NCBI GenBank assembly: GCA_049322955.1
Contig: JBMOPU010000012.1
Span: 311,032-375,031, forward strand
Origin: Patescibacteria group bacterium
GTDB taxonomy: Bacteria > Patescibacteriota > Microgenomatia > UBA10105 > UBA927
Direction of reading: 5' to 3'
Length of the DNA: 64,000 nt
Position 1 is the stretch's first letter, and each line of letters opens with the position of its first letter. The notes beneath the pieces were generated by a model. It was not told the origin of the DNA. It worked only from the letters and a program-made list of their open reading frames with translations, and ran no database searches. A program made the position numbers and the translations under genes. Of this stretch, positions 54,301-63,089 are shown one piece after another.

Positions 54301-57199
54301 GCGGTGTGGTTATCTCATACCCCTGTTTGGCCAGATCTGCTTTCAAATTGGCAATATCGACGGGTTGCCCCAGTAATTCTCCCTTATCGGAAATATTAAC
54401 GGTGGCGATCACGTGATCTTTGGTATCGAGAATTTGCCAGTTATGTGCGCTTTCAATGTATTTCATGTCATAGCCGTCAGGAAGCGATGCCGTGATCGGT
54501 GTGCCGTTTGGCGCGGTAAGATGAGGGATCTGCACCACATCGTGAGCACTGGTGATAACCTCTCCCGCTTTGTGCGGCTCGGAGACCGTCATCCCCAGTT
54601 TTTCCAGCGTCGACTTGAGCTGTTCGTCAGTGAGATTTGTGCCGATGACATGATCCGATTGCCCGTTAACGTTTTCGGCAAGAGAAAGATCAATTTTCGC
54701 GTCATACAATGTTTGTCCGTTCTCGACGTGCTGAGTAAGCGTTAGCTCTTTCGGAATCTGGTACGTCGCATGATCTAAGGTAACGGTGTGTTCCGCCGTC
54801 GGCGTGGAAAGCGGAATCTTGGCGACGTGTTCTGTTGTTTCCGTGGTTGCGTGCACCTCGCCCAAACTGCCTAATGCGTGTAATGTGCCGCCGATGGCCG
54901 CGCCTATGACGCCCGCTTTGACGCCGTATTTAACGGCCTCAATGCGCGCCTCGCTTTTGAACTCCTCCATAATCGCATCAAGCCCCATGGCTTTCTGTTC
55001 GTCGGTGAGCGATGCTCCCGCAAAAGGCCAACGTCGCTTTATGATTGCCGCCTCCGGTGCATACGATGCCACAAGATTGAGCGTCGCTTTAATCGGATCG
55101 TCCTGTGATTCCAGCGCGTTCACTCCTTCACGAAGTATCTGCGTTTGACCGGTGGTCAGTTTGACCATGAAATCGGGGAATGCATTGCCTCCGAGTACTC
55201 CCTCCGCCTGTTCGGCATGACCGGATAAATAGGTTTCGAGGTCTCCTAACGCTTTGTTTGCGGTGATATCGAGTGCCGCCCGTTCACTTTCGATAGCCTC
55301 CCTATTTGAAAATCGGATGAGACCGACACGTTTTGGACCCGTTTCACTGACCGCTTTTCTTGCGTGGAGATCAGCCACGGTCGCAAACGCACTGCGGAGT
55401 TCATCGTCCGTCAGGGTCGCTTTGATCTGATCGCCGTCGTATAGAGTGGACTTGAGCGTCGTTATCATTTCGGATGCAGAGCGTTGTTGTACGGCAAATT
55501 TTTCAAACCATGCGCGTTTCTTCTGTGCTTCGGTAAATGTCGCTCCCGATTCCTTTTCACGAAGGTGAGTCAAATAGTCACGGTGCAATTGTCCGTATTC
55601 GCGCCATCCGGCAAATGCTCCTCCCGCGGCGCTTCCCGTAAGAAGTGCCAACGGTCCCACTCGAAACGGCATGGTTTTGACAAAGTTAAGTGCTGAAAGT
55701 GCGATAGCGACGCCCGAACCGATGGTCGCTTCGTTAAAGACCAGGGGAACCAAGACATGCTTCTTATTCAGCCAATCTGCTATTTCGCGAATCTGTCCGA
55801 CGCCTTTTTCGACGGCGGTCGGTTCCATGCTCGTGACTTCTCCCATGGCGCCCAGTCCCAGCCGGATTTGCATGCTATCTATCGCCTCGTCCAAATTGGC
55901 GAGTCCGCCTTCGTGAGACATCTTTGTGCGGAGGGTTTCTGCCGCATCAAAAAGACTCGAACTATATAGTTCTGCTTCAGCAAAAATATCAGGGCGGGTA
56001 TTTTTTAGCGTCGCATTGAAGAATTCTTTTGCTCGTTTGTCGAATTCTTCTTTGGTCGTAATGCCGCCGCTTGCGTACTCTTTGAGTAACGATTGTATGC
56101 CGGAAACAAGGGGAGCATGATCGGCGTTTTCCGGGTCCAATATCTCCAATTTTTCGCCGAGTTGCTTTCTGATAAACTGATCCGCCTTTTCCATGTCGGC
56201 ACCGAATCGCATGCGTACCGCTTTGGCTTCCCGTTCAAATGTTTCCCGGCCTTTGATTTCTCCGGCGGCTTTCATGGCGCCCATTTCTTCAAGTGCCATT
56301 GTTTGTACTGCGGTTCGCATCCCTAACTTGTCTTTCAGCCAGTCCACCGCACGGGTTCCCGCGCGAACAAGGAAGTTGGAATCGGCGAGTTTTTTATCGT
56401 ATGCGGCTTTGGCTCTCGCTTCTGCGAGACGGATCGCGTCTTCGGCAAACGGTGTTTCGGCCGCAATCAGGAGATCATGGTAATATTGCCGGGCTTTTTC
56501 ATGGAAATAAATACCCCCGACGGATTGTTTCCAGATAGTGGTAAAGATCAGTTCATGGAGCCCGTGCACGGAATCCTTGGTTTTTTCCCATAACGTTTTC
56601 GTCGCATCCGCGTGTTCTTGCGAACGGGGAGTGACCATTTTTTGCATGCTCCGGTCGGCAAGATCAACCGCGCGTGTTTCGTAGGCCTTAAGACCCACGA
56701 TCGTTATCGTGTTGGGATCTTCGGTAAGGCTCTCTAACACGTTTCTTGCCTCTTTTGTGGGCAATACGGGGGGAGTTTCCGGAAGGGTAAGTTTGGGTTC
56801 GGGTGCTATCGGTTCGACCGCTTGTTCTCCCGGTACTTCCGCAAAAGGTGTTAAGGATAGCTCGCTTTTGCCGATGACATGATTGGCGCCCGTTTCATCG
56901 GTCCATTGGAGACCGGAAATTTTATCCCACGATACTTCGTCAAAATCGTTGAGATTCGTAAGCGGCTTATCGACCATGAGCCCTTCTTCACCCTTTTTGC
57001 GACTTGCTTCCGAAACAAGCGGCACGATGCTTCCTACGCCGTCATTGGCGCGCTTTTCAGCCGGCAGAACGGTCACCGAGGTGATCTCCTGTTCACCGAT
57101 CTTAACGGGAGTGGCAAGATGAATCGGCGTTTCTCCCACGATGACCGACTGCGGGAGCAGTGTTTCCGGATGCGGTTGTTGAGGAATCGGTTCGGTCAT
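51380..57199 (-). CDS. 1939-aa multidomain protein with hydrophobic/Gly-rich segments and a GT-A (family 2-like) domain
   Basis: VVTIPV...EFIVFD...GNIATKAGSLAAVGGYNPDTRIAED at ~53230-52550. Confidence 0.8.
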   Translation of the reverse strand: MTEPIPQQPHPETLLPQSVIVGETPIHLATPVKIGEQEITSVTVLPAEKRANDGVGSIVPLVSEASRKKGEEGLMVDKPLTNLNDFDEVSWDKISGLQWTDETGANHVIGKSELSLTPFAEVPGEQAVEPIAPEPKLTLPETPPVLPTKEARNVLESLTEDPNTITIVGLKAYETRAVDLADRSMQKMVTPRSQEHADATKTLWEKTKDSVHGLHELIFTTIWKQSVGGIYFHEKARQYYHDLLIAAETPFAEDAIRLAEARAKAAYDKKLADSNFLVRAGTRAVDWLKDKLGMRTAVQTMALEEMGAMKAAGEIKGRETFEREAKAVRMRFGADMEKADQFIRKQLGEKLEILDPENADHAPLVSGIQSLLKEYASGGITTKEEFDKRAKEFFNATLKNTRPDIFAEAELYSSSLFDAAETLRTKMSHEGGLANLDEAIDSMQIRLGLGAMGEVTSMEPTAVEKGVGQIREIADWLNKKHVLVPLVFNEATIGSGVAIALSALNFVKTMPFRVGPLALLTGSAAGGAFAGWREYGQLHRDYLTHLREKESGATFTEAQKKRAWFEKFAVQQRSASEMITTLKSTLYDGDQIKATLTDDELRSAFATVADLHARKAVSETGPKRVGLIRFSNREAIESERAALDITANKALGDLETYLSGHAEQAEGVLGGNAFPDFMVKLTTGQTQILREGVNALESQDDPIKATLNLVASYAPEAAIIKRRWPFAGASLTDEQKAMGLDAIMEEFKSEARIEAVKYGVKAGVIGAAIGGTLHALGSLGEVHATTETTEHVAKIPLSTPTAEHTVTLDHATYQIPKELTLTQHVENGQTLYDAKIDLSLAENVNGQSDHVIGTNLTDEQLKSTLEKLGMTVSEPHKAGEVITSAHDVVQIPHLTAPNGTPITASLPDGYDMKYIESAHNWQILDTKDHVIATVNISDKGELLGQPVDIANLKADLAKQGYEITTPLHHTVALESNTTAPFVETSSPTGPMIDIKASNLKEGGLWDHFLNQAEGDNRIATANSVKNMFRLYTYNEHNANITVPEGSHENYINEHLRPATFGDTQVQELDLARIPQDATIHVPRELFSADAIKHISEMNDAAITHYQSLIESGKAPMEALHTLETGSQDDKVEALLLRMGYFGRDSDLPTQQELAPLLEKLGASNAEQTVHTVVPSAAETSVPIHQLTLNYVYGEDQPGQIFAKELTVPVTETVTTIAREAGAPEAPWYPVFIPYREVLEAATGEIIEAKMKPGETLLSPFGMESSYVTRESMETRKSPRLTENPQATLHQQEEVAWYLSTLTPDEITTVEQLLTGDLPPMNPDVRAVVTIPVSQAGGNIYQRLSRYVGQKATDGTPLAPEKTEFIVFDAHVASPDGTVSETLPGDTKSEVTRFIADHPEMRVLYLTHSYQEAPTSGRVKRDVTNVALSRIATLPTDASDVAVIADNGTGNTIAETYIASAVDAFDQNPSLDMVSGSYELPQKAYEEFPLLFAQHRAFELMDSLVRHGDTAGVPGVYSGNIATKAGSLAAVGGYNPDTRIAEDREMAWMIHTARGSSDTTTVLPTMTATIDPTETVYAHLQQLGSADPETPYQTNEVYKDMTWEDMAKRASETYSKDQLQTHLSNMYANMYPTLKTTNPERFDAYFKRTMDTLGISYEITDGQVIITDMNMLEANMRALTDVEAFAKEAAPKIVEATQPVPETPRDELTTLAGEQPVEQPVIEEAPTTTGIAAAENTVQSETPTMQETANIQQSEKSAEAVASSLPIEETPVIETPVTAEQPTPAPEQLPSGVEDRINYVLNKSGENAAGVALTPGELMDYVKTSVELPGARITEGKIMIEGDTVKLADMKAKTIVGEAKFSGTLATDPAKGLVVQKDSLNIHLPMLARPWQKTIHESLDHFNDLVLTHLDGRIDQKWKASRIDVVGDKLQVTFAKKQSS

Positions 57200-57200
57200 A

Positions 57201-57537
57201 TCAGTTCGATGAATCTTCCGCTCCTAAATACAGGGAACGAAAATCGGCAAAAATCTGGGCAACCAGGATATCGGGTTCCTTGACGTAGGTATTGATAAAC
57301 GTTTGCACCTGTTCCGGCGCGGGATTTGTTTTAATCAGATCGGAAAGCTTACCTACTGCCGTAGGATCAGCCGCACTTACCATCTCAATCGTCCGAAGGG
57401 TTAGATATTGATTCAATCTGTCGGTAAGTTCCCGTTTAATATCGGCATGCGTGGCGTCATCCAGAGGCGTGGCGGCAAATTTTTTGGCAATAAGTTCATC
57501 CACAAAGGATTCCATGGCAGAGGAAGAAACATCCATA
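57201..57537 (-). CDS. Small helical CPR-type protein (DUF5663-like)
   Basis: IKRELTDRLNQYL...EQVQTFI...ADFRSLYL; family resemblance recalled, not searched. Confidence 0.55.
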
Positions 57538-57669
57538 TAACCACAGTAGGTGACCGTGAGTATGGTGTCAAGGAGGCCACTACTATAAAGGAAGAGGTCA
57601 AAAAACATCAAAAAGAATCTGGTCGGGGAGAGATTGATATAGTCTTTTGGTTCACGGACAATATGCCGT

Positions 57670-58098
57670 TTATTTGCCGGCACGCTTCTTCACCGCGTTC
57701 CAAACGCGTGTCGGGGTTACCGTAAGTTTTTCAAGGTCCTCCTCGGATGTCTGAAAGATGGTAAATGTCCGGAGCAGTTTGAGTGCCCGTTTATGGAGCG
57801 GTTGGTGGGTTTCACCTTTTGTCCGAACGTGCGTGAGGGGGATCACCACCCGTTTTGCCCCCTTAGCGATTGCATGCGCCGCGCCGAACGGAATGCATGC
57901 ATCCGCATCCGCACCGTGAAGAACGACGATCGCGTTGTCCACATCCCGCATGGCGGTATGGTACGCGGGATCATGGACGTCCTGTGCCACGTACCAGCCG
58001 TCCTGCTCGCAGGACCTCGCATGTTGGTCCTGATCGGCAAACTCACCCTTGCCGATGAACAATCTGGTCACGCGTGTTTCTTTTCGGTATCCGCTCAT
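57670..58098 (-). CDS. Short cysteine-hydrolase (isochorismatase)-like protein
   Basis: IVVLHGADADACI...AIAKG..VVI resembles the catalytic Cys region. Confidence 0.4.
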   Translation of the reverse strand: MSGYRKETRVTRLFIGKGEFADQDQHARSCEQDGWYVAQDVHDPAYHTAMRDVDNAIVVLHGADADACIPFGAAHAIAKGAKRVVIPLTHVRTKGETHQPLHKRALKLLRTFTIFQTSEEDLEKLTVTPTRVWNAVKKRAGK

Positions 58099-58149
58099 AG
58101 GTGAAGAAAACTACATCCTAATACACTGTATTATATCAATCTGGTGTGG

Positions 58150-58584
58150 TTAGGAGGATGATGAAGCGGATTTCGTGGACTTGGATGTGCCGGTCCATAC
58201 TAATTTGACATTCCCCGTAATCACCCGGTCCGCAAGCTCTTGCGCCGCTTTATACTGACCGTTTTTTATAAGATTGCTTACCTGGGCAATCGCCGGCTTT
58301 GTGACGCCTTCCTCGTAATCACGAAGGTAGGGGACGATAATATGCGAAATCTCGGAAAAATTATCATCAAGGTGCGGTAAGGTTTTGTAAATCTCCTCAA
58401 GCGACATGCCGGGTTTTAGCCGATCAAGCACAAGTTGGGCAAGAGCCTGTGCACGATCTTCCGTCATTTCCTCGGCTTCCACTTTGGATTTAATAAGATC
58501 CACGATATCCGCCTCTATTTGTTCGCGAATGTCATCAGGAGACATAGATTTTTTTGTCGTTCCGGCCTGCGAGCCGGAATCCAT
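58150..58584 (-). CDS. Hypothetical helical protein
   Basis: ORF only. Confidence 0.6.
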   Translation of the reverse strand: MDSGSQAGTTKKSMSPDDIREQIEADIVDLIKSKVEAEEMTEDRAQALAQLVLDRLKPGMSLEEIYKTLPHLDDNFSEISHIIVPYLRDYEEGVTKPAIAQVSNLIKNGQYKAAQELADRVITGNVKLVWTGTSKSTKSASSSS

Positions 58585-58668
58585 TGATGTCAATCAGTGG
58601 AAGGCGGGGCAAGCGAGAAATTATGATACAGACTCTTGATTTTAGTATCTGTTATTTCGAAACCCGGA

Positions 58669-59559
58669 TCAAGTGGGAGTGGCCGGAGGCGGCGTATCCT
58701 GCTGACGGCTTAACCCGTATCGCTCGGCCGTTGATCTGCCTTGGTGCGAAGGATAGGCAGGCTGGAAATTAGTGATGAGTTGTTCAATTGCCTGCGGGAC
58801 GGCGCCGTACAGAATGCGCAACCGCTCCTCATGGGTGAGGTGTCCCCAAGTTTTGTACTCATGGACGAGGGTCGGCGGCTCGTCGGGGTTCGTTTGGATA
58901 TAGGTACGAAGCGGCGATTCAGTATCAAAAAGTTCGACCGTATCGTTGACGAACGATATACCGCTTGCGGATCTTAAGACGGAATCCGGGCCGTGGCGGC
59001 GGACAAATTCCTGGACGTCCTGGATGGTGAACGGTTTCATTTTGACGGCGGTGCGTACCAGCACTGTGGTCGGGTGCACCGTCGGATCCGTCATATCGAT
59101 GGCGGTAAGCGCGGTACAAAGCTCGGTATTTTTGCCCGACAGTCCCATGGCCCCGTTGACCCGATCGGACATCCACTGAGCGATATTTTTCGGTTTTTCA
59201 TTAACGACCGCGGTATCGTCAAAAATATCTTTGTCATAGGTGATGTTGATGGTGTCGGAATAAATACGGATGATACGGTCGCCTTCCGTGTGGACGTCTC
59301 CCGCATGTCCGGTTTCGACGGTGCCGTTTATGTAGCTTCGGACCATGAGGGCGGAGATATCCTGCATGGCTTTTCGTTCCGCCATTTCAAGCGGCCATTC
59401 GGCAACATTCATATTGACGGGTTTTCTGATGATGTCTTCGGTAAAGTGGGGTAACACTTGGTGCACCCTGTCCGCACCTAATAGGGATGCAAAAGCGTTG
59501 GTGCGTGCCGGTGATGAGGTGACGATATGAAAATGAATTGGTCTCTCTGTGTTTGTCAT
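58669..59559 (-). CDS. Maf-like nucleotide pyrophosphatase (divergent)
   Basis: TSSPAR, FTED, AERKA, SDT, EKP and LSGK occur in Maf order. Confidence 0.65.
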   Translation of the reverse strand: MTNTERPIHFHIVTSSPARTNAFASLLGADRVHQVLPHFTEDIIRKPVNMNVAEWPLEMAERKAMQDISALMVRSYINGTVETGHAGDVHTEGDRIIRIYSDTINITYDKDIFDDTAVVNEKPKNIAQWMSDRVNGAMGLSGKNTELCTALTAIDMTDPTVHPTTVLVRTAVKMKPFTIQDVQEFVRRHGPDSVLRSASGISFVNDTVELFDTESPLRTYIQTNPDEPPTLVHEYKTWGHLTHEERLRILYGAVPQAIEQLITNFQPAYPSHQGRSTAERYGLSRQQDTPPPATPT

Positions 59560-59805
59560 TTCCCGAAAAATAAAAAAATAACCGTGCGCGTTATTTTTAT
59601 GACTGCGGTCGTGGGCAGAGTGACCTTATGAAAGAACACTCTCTTTATACATGCAGGGCACGGATAACGGTCAACTGGGAACAAACGAGAGTATCTATAT
59701 CAAAGTGGCCCAATTTTATAAAAGGAAGGTGATTCACTGAAAAATCCTGTAATTCCTGCATGTCCCACTGGTCAAGAATACCGTTGGCTGGTACTATAAG
59801 AGCCT

Positions 59806-61089
59806 ATGAATACCACACCCCACACCCGCGAGCTTTTACCAAACGGCACCCGACTGATTCTCGTTCCCATGGAAGGGGTGGGAAGTATTGCCACGGCGGT
59901 GATGGTCGGTGTGGGAAGCCGATACGAGACACCGCAAAACAACGGAATATCGCATTTTTTGGAGCACATGGTGTTTAAAGGGACGCAAAAATATCCGACG
60001 ACCGACGACGTCAACAGTATTGAACGCGCGGGGGGACTCCAAAATGCCTATACCGATATCGATGTCACGAATTATCACAATAAAGTGGTGAGTGAGGACT
60101 GGCATTTGGCGCTGGAGATCAATAAAGAACTTGCCGTCAATCCGCGACTTCCCGAAGAATGGGTAGATAAGGAACGCGATGTCATTTTGGAGGAAATGAA
60201 GCGGTATGAAGACGAGCCGGCGAGCAAAGTGGAGGAAGCGTATCATGCGCTCCTGTACCCCGACACCAAACTCGGCATGCGCACCATCGGTGAGGTAAAA
60301 AGTTTGATGAGTGTCGGAGCCAAAGAACTCCGTTCCTATCACGATACCTGGTATGCTCCTGAGCGCACGACCGTGATTCTTGCGGGCAATGTCACCCCGT
60401 ATCGTGATGCCATCACCGCACAGGTGACCGAATGGTTCGGCGCACTTCCCGCGAAAAAAACGGGTGACTTCGAGCGGGTGACGCCGCAACAGAAAGCACC
60501 GCAACTGACCGTGGTGACGAAACCCGATGCGGCGCAGGCGCATCTTATCGTCGGACTTCGTGGTTTTGCCCGTGATAGCGAAGACCGATTTGCCTGGAGC
60601 CTATTTAATCTGATTATGGGCGTTTCCTTTACTTCACGGTTGTTTAAGGAAATTCGCGAAAAGCGGGGGCTTTGCTATCACGTCAGAAGTGGGAGTAGCT
60701 CGTATGCCGATGTCGGCAGTTGGGACATCTATGCCGGTGTTGCGACTGAGAAAGTGGGGGAGACGACGAAGGCAATTATGGAAGAACTCGCCAAGGCAAA
60801 AGACGGGGGAGTAACCGACGAAGAACTGGTCGTTGCAAAAAAGCGGTTAAAGACCATCCTCGCATTCAAAAGCGAAGATCCCGAATTCTGGACGGAATGG
60901 TACGGCAGAAGCGATGTTTTCGGCATGCCGCTGATGACGCTTGAAGACTATATCAAAAAAGTAGAAATGGTAACAAAAGAAGACATCCATGCGTTGATTA
61001 CGAAATACTTCGTGACCAACAACCTCAACATGGCCGTCGTGTGGAATAAGCCAAGGGACGAGAGCTTGATTGCGTTGCTGTCAGTATAA
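59806..61089 (+). CDS. M16 (pitrilysin) family peptidase
   Basis: GSRYE...GISHFLEHMVFKGT, NAYT and SRLFKEIREKRGLCY. Confidence 0.95.
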   Translation: MNTTPHTRELLPNGTRLILVPMEGVGSIATAVMVGVGSRYETPQNNGISHFLEHMVFKGTQKYPTTDDVNSIERAGGLQNAYTDIDVTNYHNKVVSEDWHLALEINKELAVNPRLPEEWVDKERDVILEEMKRYEDEPASKVEEAYHALLYPDTKLGMRTIGEVKSLMSVGAKELRSYHDTWYAPERTTVILAGNVTPYRDAITAQVTEWFGALPAKKTGDFERVTPQQKAPQLTVVTKPDAAQAHLIVGLRGFARDSEDRFAWSLFNLIMGVSFTSRLFKEIREKRGLCYHVRSGSSSYADVGSWDIYAGVATEKVGETTKAIMEELAKAKDGGVTDEELVVAKKRLKTILAFKSEDPEFWTEWYGRSDVFGMPLMTLEDYIKKVEMVTKEDIHALITKYFVTNNLNMAVVWNKPRDESLIALLSV

Positions 61090-61122
61090 CGATTCTCTTC
61101 TTTGTCTGAGATCTCTACATCG

Positions 61123-61437
61123 CTACCCTGTAGTGTCAAAAAGTACACCTCGGTGCTCGGAAAGCCCGGGAACCAGAGATTCAAGTGCTTCAAAAAACGG
61201 GAGTTGTGCAGATCGCCCTACATGCATACCGGCGATATTAAAATTGTTCCAAGCCTTTCGGAGCGAGTCGCGATCGGTGCCCTGCGGCATCGGGACGGAC
61301 ACAAGTAATTCGCCGGTGGACAGCGGTCGCCGCTGGATTTCCAAAAACGCCCCTGGCTTTTCGGGATAAACCGCCGTGACGATAATATAATTGTCCTTTG
61401 GATGTTCCGCTCGTGCTCGTCTCATAGTGCGGATCAT
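61123..61437 (-). CDS. Hypothetical protein
   Basis: ORF only; start uncertain. Confidence 0.4.
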   Translation of the reverse strand: MIRTMRRARAEHPKDNYIIVTAVYPEKPGAFLEIQRRPLSTGELLVSVPMPQGTDRDSLRKAWNNFNIAGMHVGRSAQLPFFEALESLVPGLSEHRGVLFDTTG

Positions 61438-61508
61438 AGGCACCCCGAGCGTAAATGTCAAATTTTTCCCCTTGACCGATCTTGTACTATAGGTTACAAT
61501 GACCTCCT

Positions 61509-62141
61509 GTGCAGCCTACCATTTTAGGCATCATCGGCAAACCTCTCGCCGGCAAAGACACACAAGCCGATCTTCTTGTCGCAGCCCATCCCGAAGCGGT
61601 CAAAATATCAACCGGACACATTATCCGTGCCGTGCGTGAAGAAGGGGAAACCCATCGCTTTTGGCCGGTACTGGAGCCGTATCTTTCCATGATGGAACAG
61701 GGACTAAAGCTTCCCGACGAGCCCATCCTGCAGATGCTTCGTGATGTGGTGCGCGAACAGGTTGCGGAAGGGAAAAAACTCATCGTGATTGCCGGTTCAC
61801 CCCGCAGTTTCGAACAGCTGGACGGATTTCGCGCCATCGCGGAAGAAACCGGCAGTAAGCTGATGCTGATGCACCTCGATGCCACCAATCAGGAAACGTA
61901 TCGGCGAAGCGCGCTTCGGAACGAAGGCCGCATTGACGATACCCCCGCGGTGCATGCGGTACGCCTTGCCGAATACGAAACGCATGTGCGTCCCGTCTAT
62001 GAGGCGCTCCAGAGTTCGGGAGCGATTATCGAAATTGACGGTATGCGCCCCGTTGAGGAAATATTCCGACGCGTGGAGCAGGAAGTCCGTCGGAGAACCT
62101 TTGAGCCCGAAACATCGCTTCCCGCGATGGCGAAGCGCTGA
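61509..62141 (+). CDS. Adenylate kinase family NMP kinase
   Basis: GKPLAGKDTQ, ISTGHIIR, GSPR and RIDD; short LID. Confidence 0.85.
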   Translation: MQPTILGIIGKPLAGKDTQADLLVAAHPEAVKISTGHIIRAVREEGETHRFWPVLEPYLSMMEQGLKLPDEPILQMLRDVVREQVAEGKKLIVIAGSPRSFEQLDGFRAIAEETGSKLMLMHLDATNQETYRRSALRNEGRIDDTPAVHAVRLAEYETHVRPVYEALQSSGAIIEIDGMRPVEEIFRRVEQEVRRRTFEPETSLPAMAKR

Positions 62142-62353
62142 TCCCCGTTACCACTCCGTTATTTGTCTTTTCGTCTGCAATTCCCGAAGGAATAAGACTC
62201 ATCAGTCCCGCTTGTGTGGCGGGAGAAGACAGGGGATGTAGCGAGTAGCGCGAGAAAAAAGTGATGCTCCACAATACGGAACACAATTTTTTCGTATATC
62301 CCCCCGACAAAGGTATTATTTTTCTTTTCCCGACGCAGAGAGCGCGGGACAAG

Positions 62354-62386
62354 AAAAAGCGGGAAGTCACCGTACGGTGACTTCCC
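62354..62386 (-). terminator. Intrinsic terminator
   Basis: GGGAAGTCACCG-TA-CGGTGACTTCCC with a T-run on the - strand. Confidence 0.8.
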
Positions 62387-62405
62387 TTCGTACATTGTGA
62401 TGCTG

Positions 62406-63089
62406 TTATTGCGTGAAGATGACCAACTGACCGTTATTGTAGAGTTCAGCCCAGCGCTGAAGTTTCTTCCATGATGCGATGTCATCGCGTGAATTCGCCG
62501 GTTCGGGCAGGTTGTTGGTCCAGTTGCCGTTGCCGCCGTTGCTGATGCACACATTGGTGGCGCGGATGCGGTTTCTGCCTCCCGTCGGTCCGTCCTTCCA
62601 GTCCCAGTTGAGCAGGTCATGTAGCTCCTGCGCGGTGATTGGCTCGGCGGGCGGCGAAAGAACAACGCCTTGAAGTGACGAGCAATCGGCGCCGGTAGGC
62701 TGGTTGCTTTGCGTGGCACTGCTGACGACGCCGGGTGATGTGGGCGCCGTGGTAGCGTTTCCTGCTTCCATCTGGTTGACGACGCCGTTAGCGACCGCAT
62801 TGTCTGGTAGGGTCTGTCCGCCGTTATTGACCACGGGAACCGTGACCGTGTCATCTGTTTTCTTGACGACGCCGTTAGCGACCGCTTGCTCAGGCAAGGT
62901 CTGACCACCGTTGTTCACGACTGCGCCTGTGTCTTCATTAGCGTTGACCTGCTGTCCGGGCGCTTCGGTCGGACAATTATCGCTTTTCGCCGGGTCGCAC
63001 TTGGCGGCCGCGGATGTGATGCCCAGCGTTCCCAGCATGAGCGCGAGAATCAGCAGGGCGTTAAACCATCTATTTTGTGTGAATGTCAT
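62406..63089 (-). CDS. Secreted hypothetical protein with internal repeat
   Basis: SD GGAGG; signal MTFTQNRWFNALLILALMLGTLGITSAAA; two copies of VVNNGGQTLPxxAVANGVV. Confidence 0.8.
   Translation of the reverse strand: MTFTQNRWFNALLILALMLGTLGITSAAAKCDPAKSDNCPTEAPGQQVNANEDTGAVVNNGGQTLPEQAVANGVVKKTDDTVTVPVVNNGGQTLPDNAVANGVVNQMEAGNATTAPTSPGVVSSATQSNQPTGADCSSLQGVVLSPPAEPITAQELHDLLNWDWKDGPTGGRNRIRATNVCISNGGNGNWTNNLPEPANSRDDIASWKKLQRWAELYNNGQLVIFTQ
62776..62921 (-). repeat. Intragenic direct repeat, 87-nt period
   Basis: TTGACGACGCCGTTAGCGACCGC at 62776 and 62863. Confidence 0.85.
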
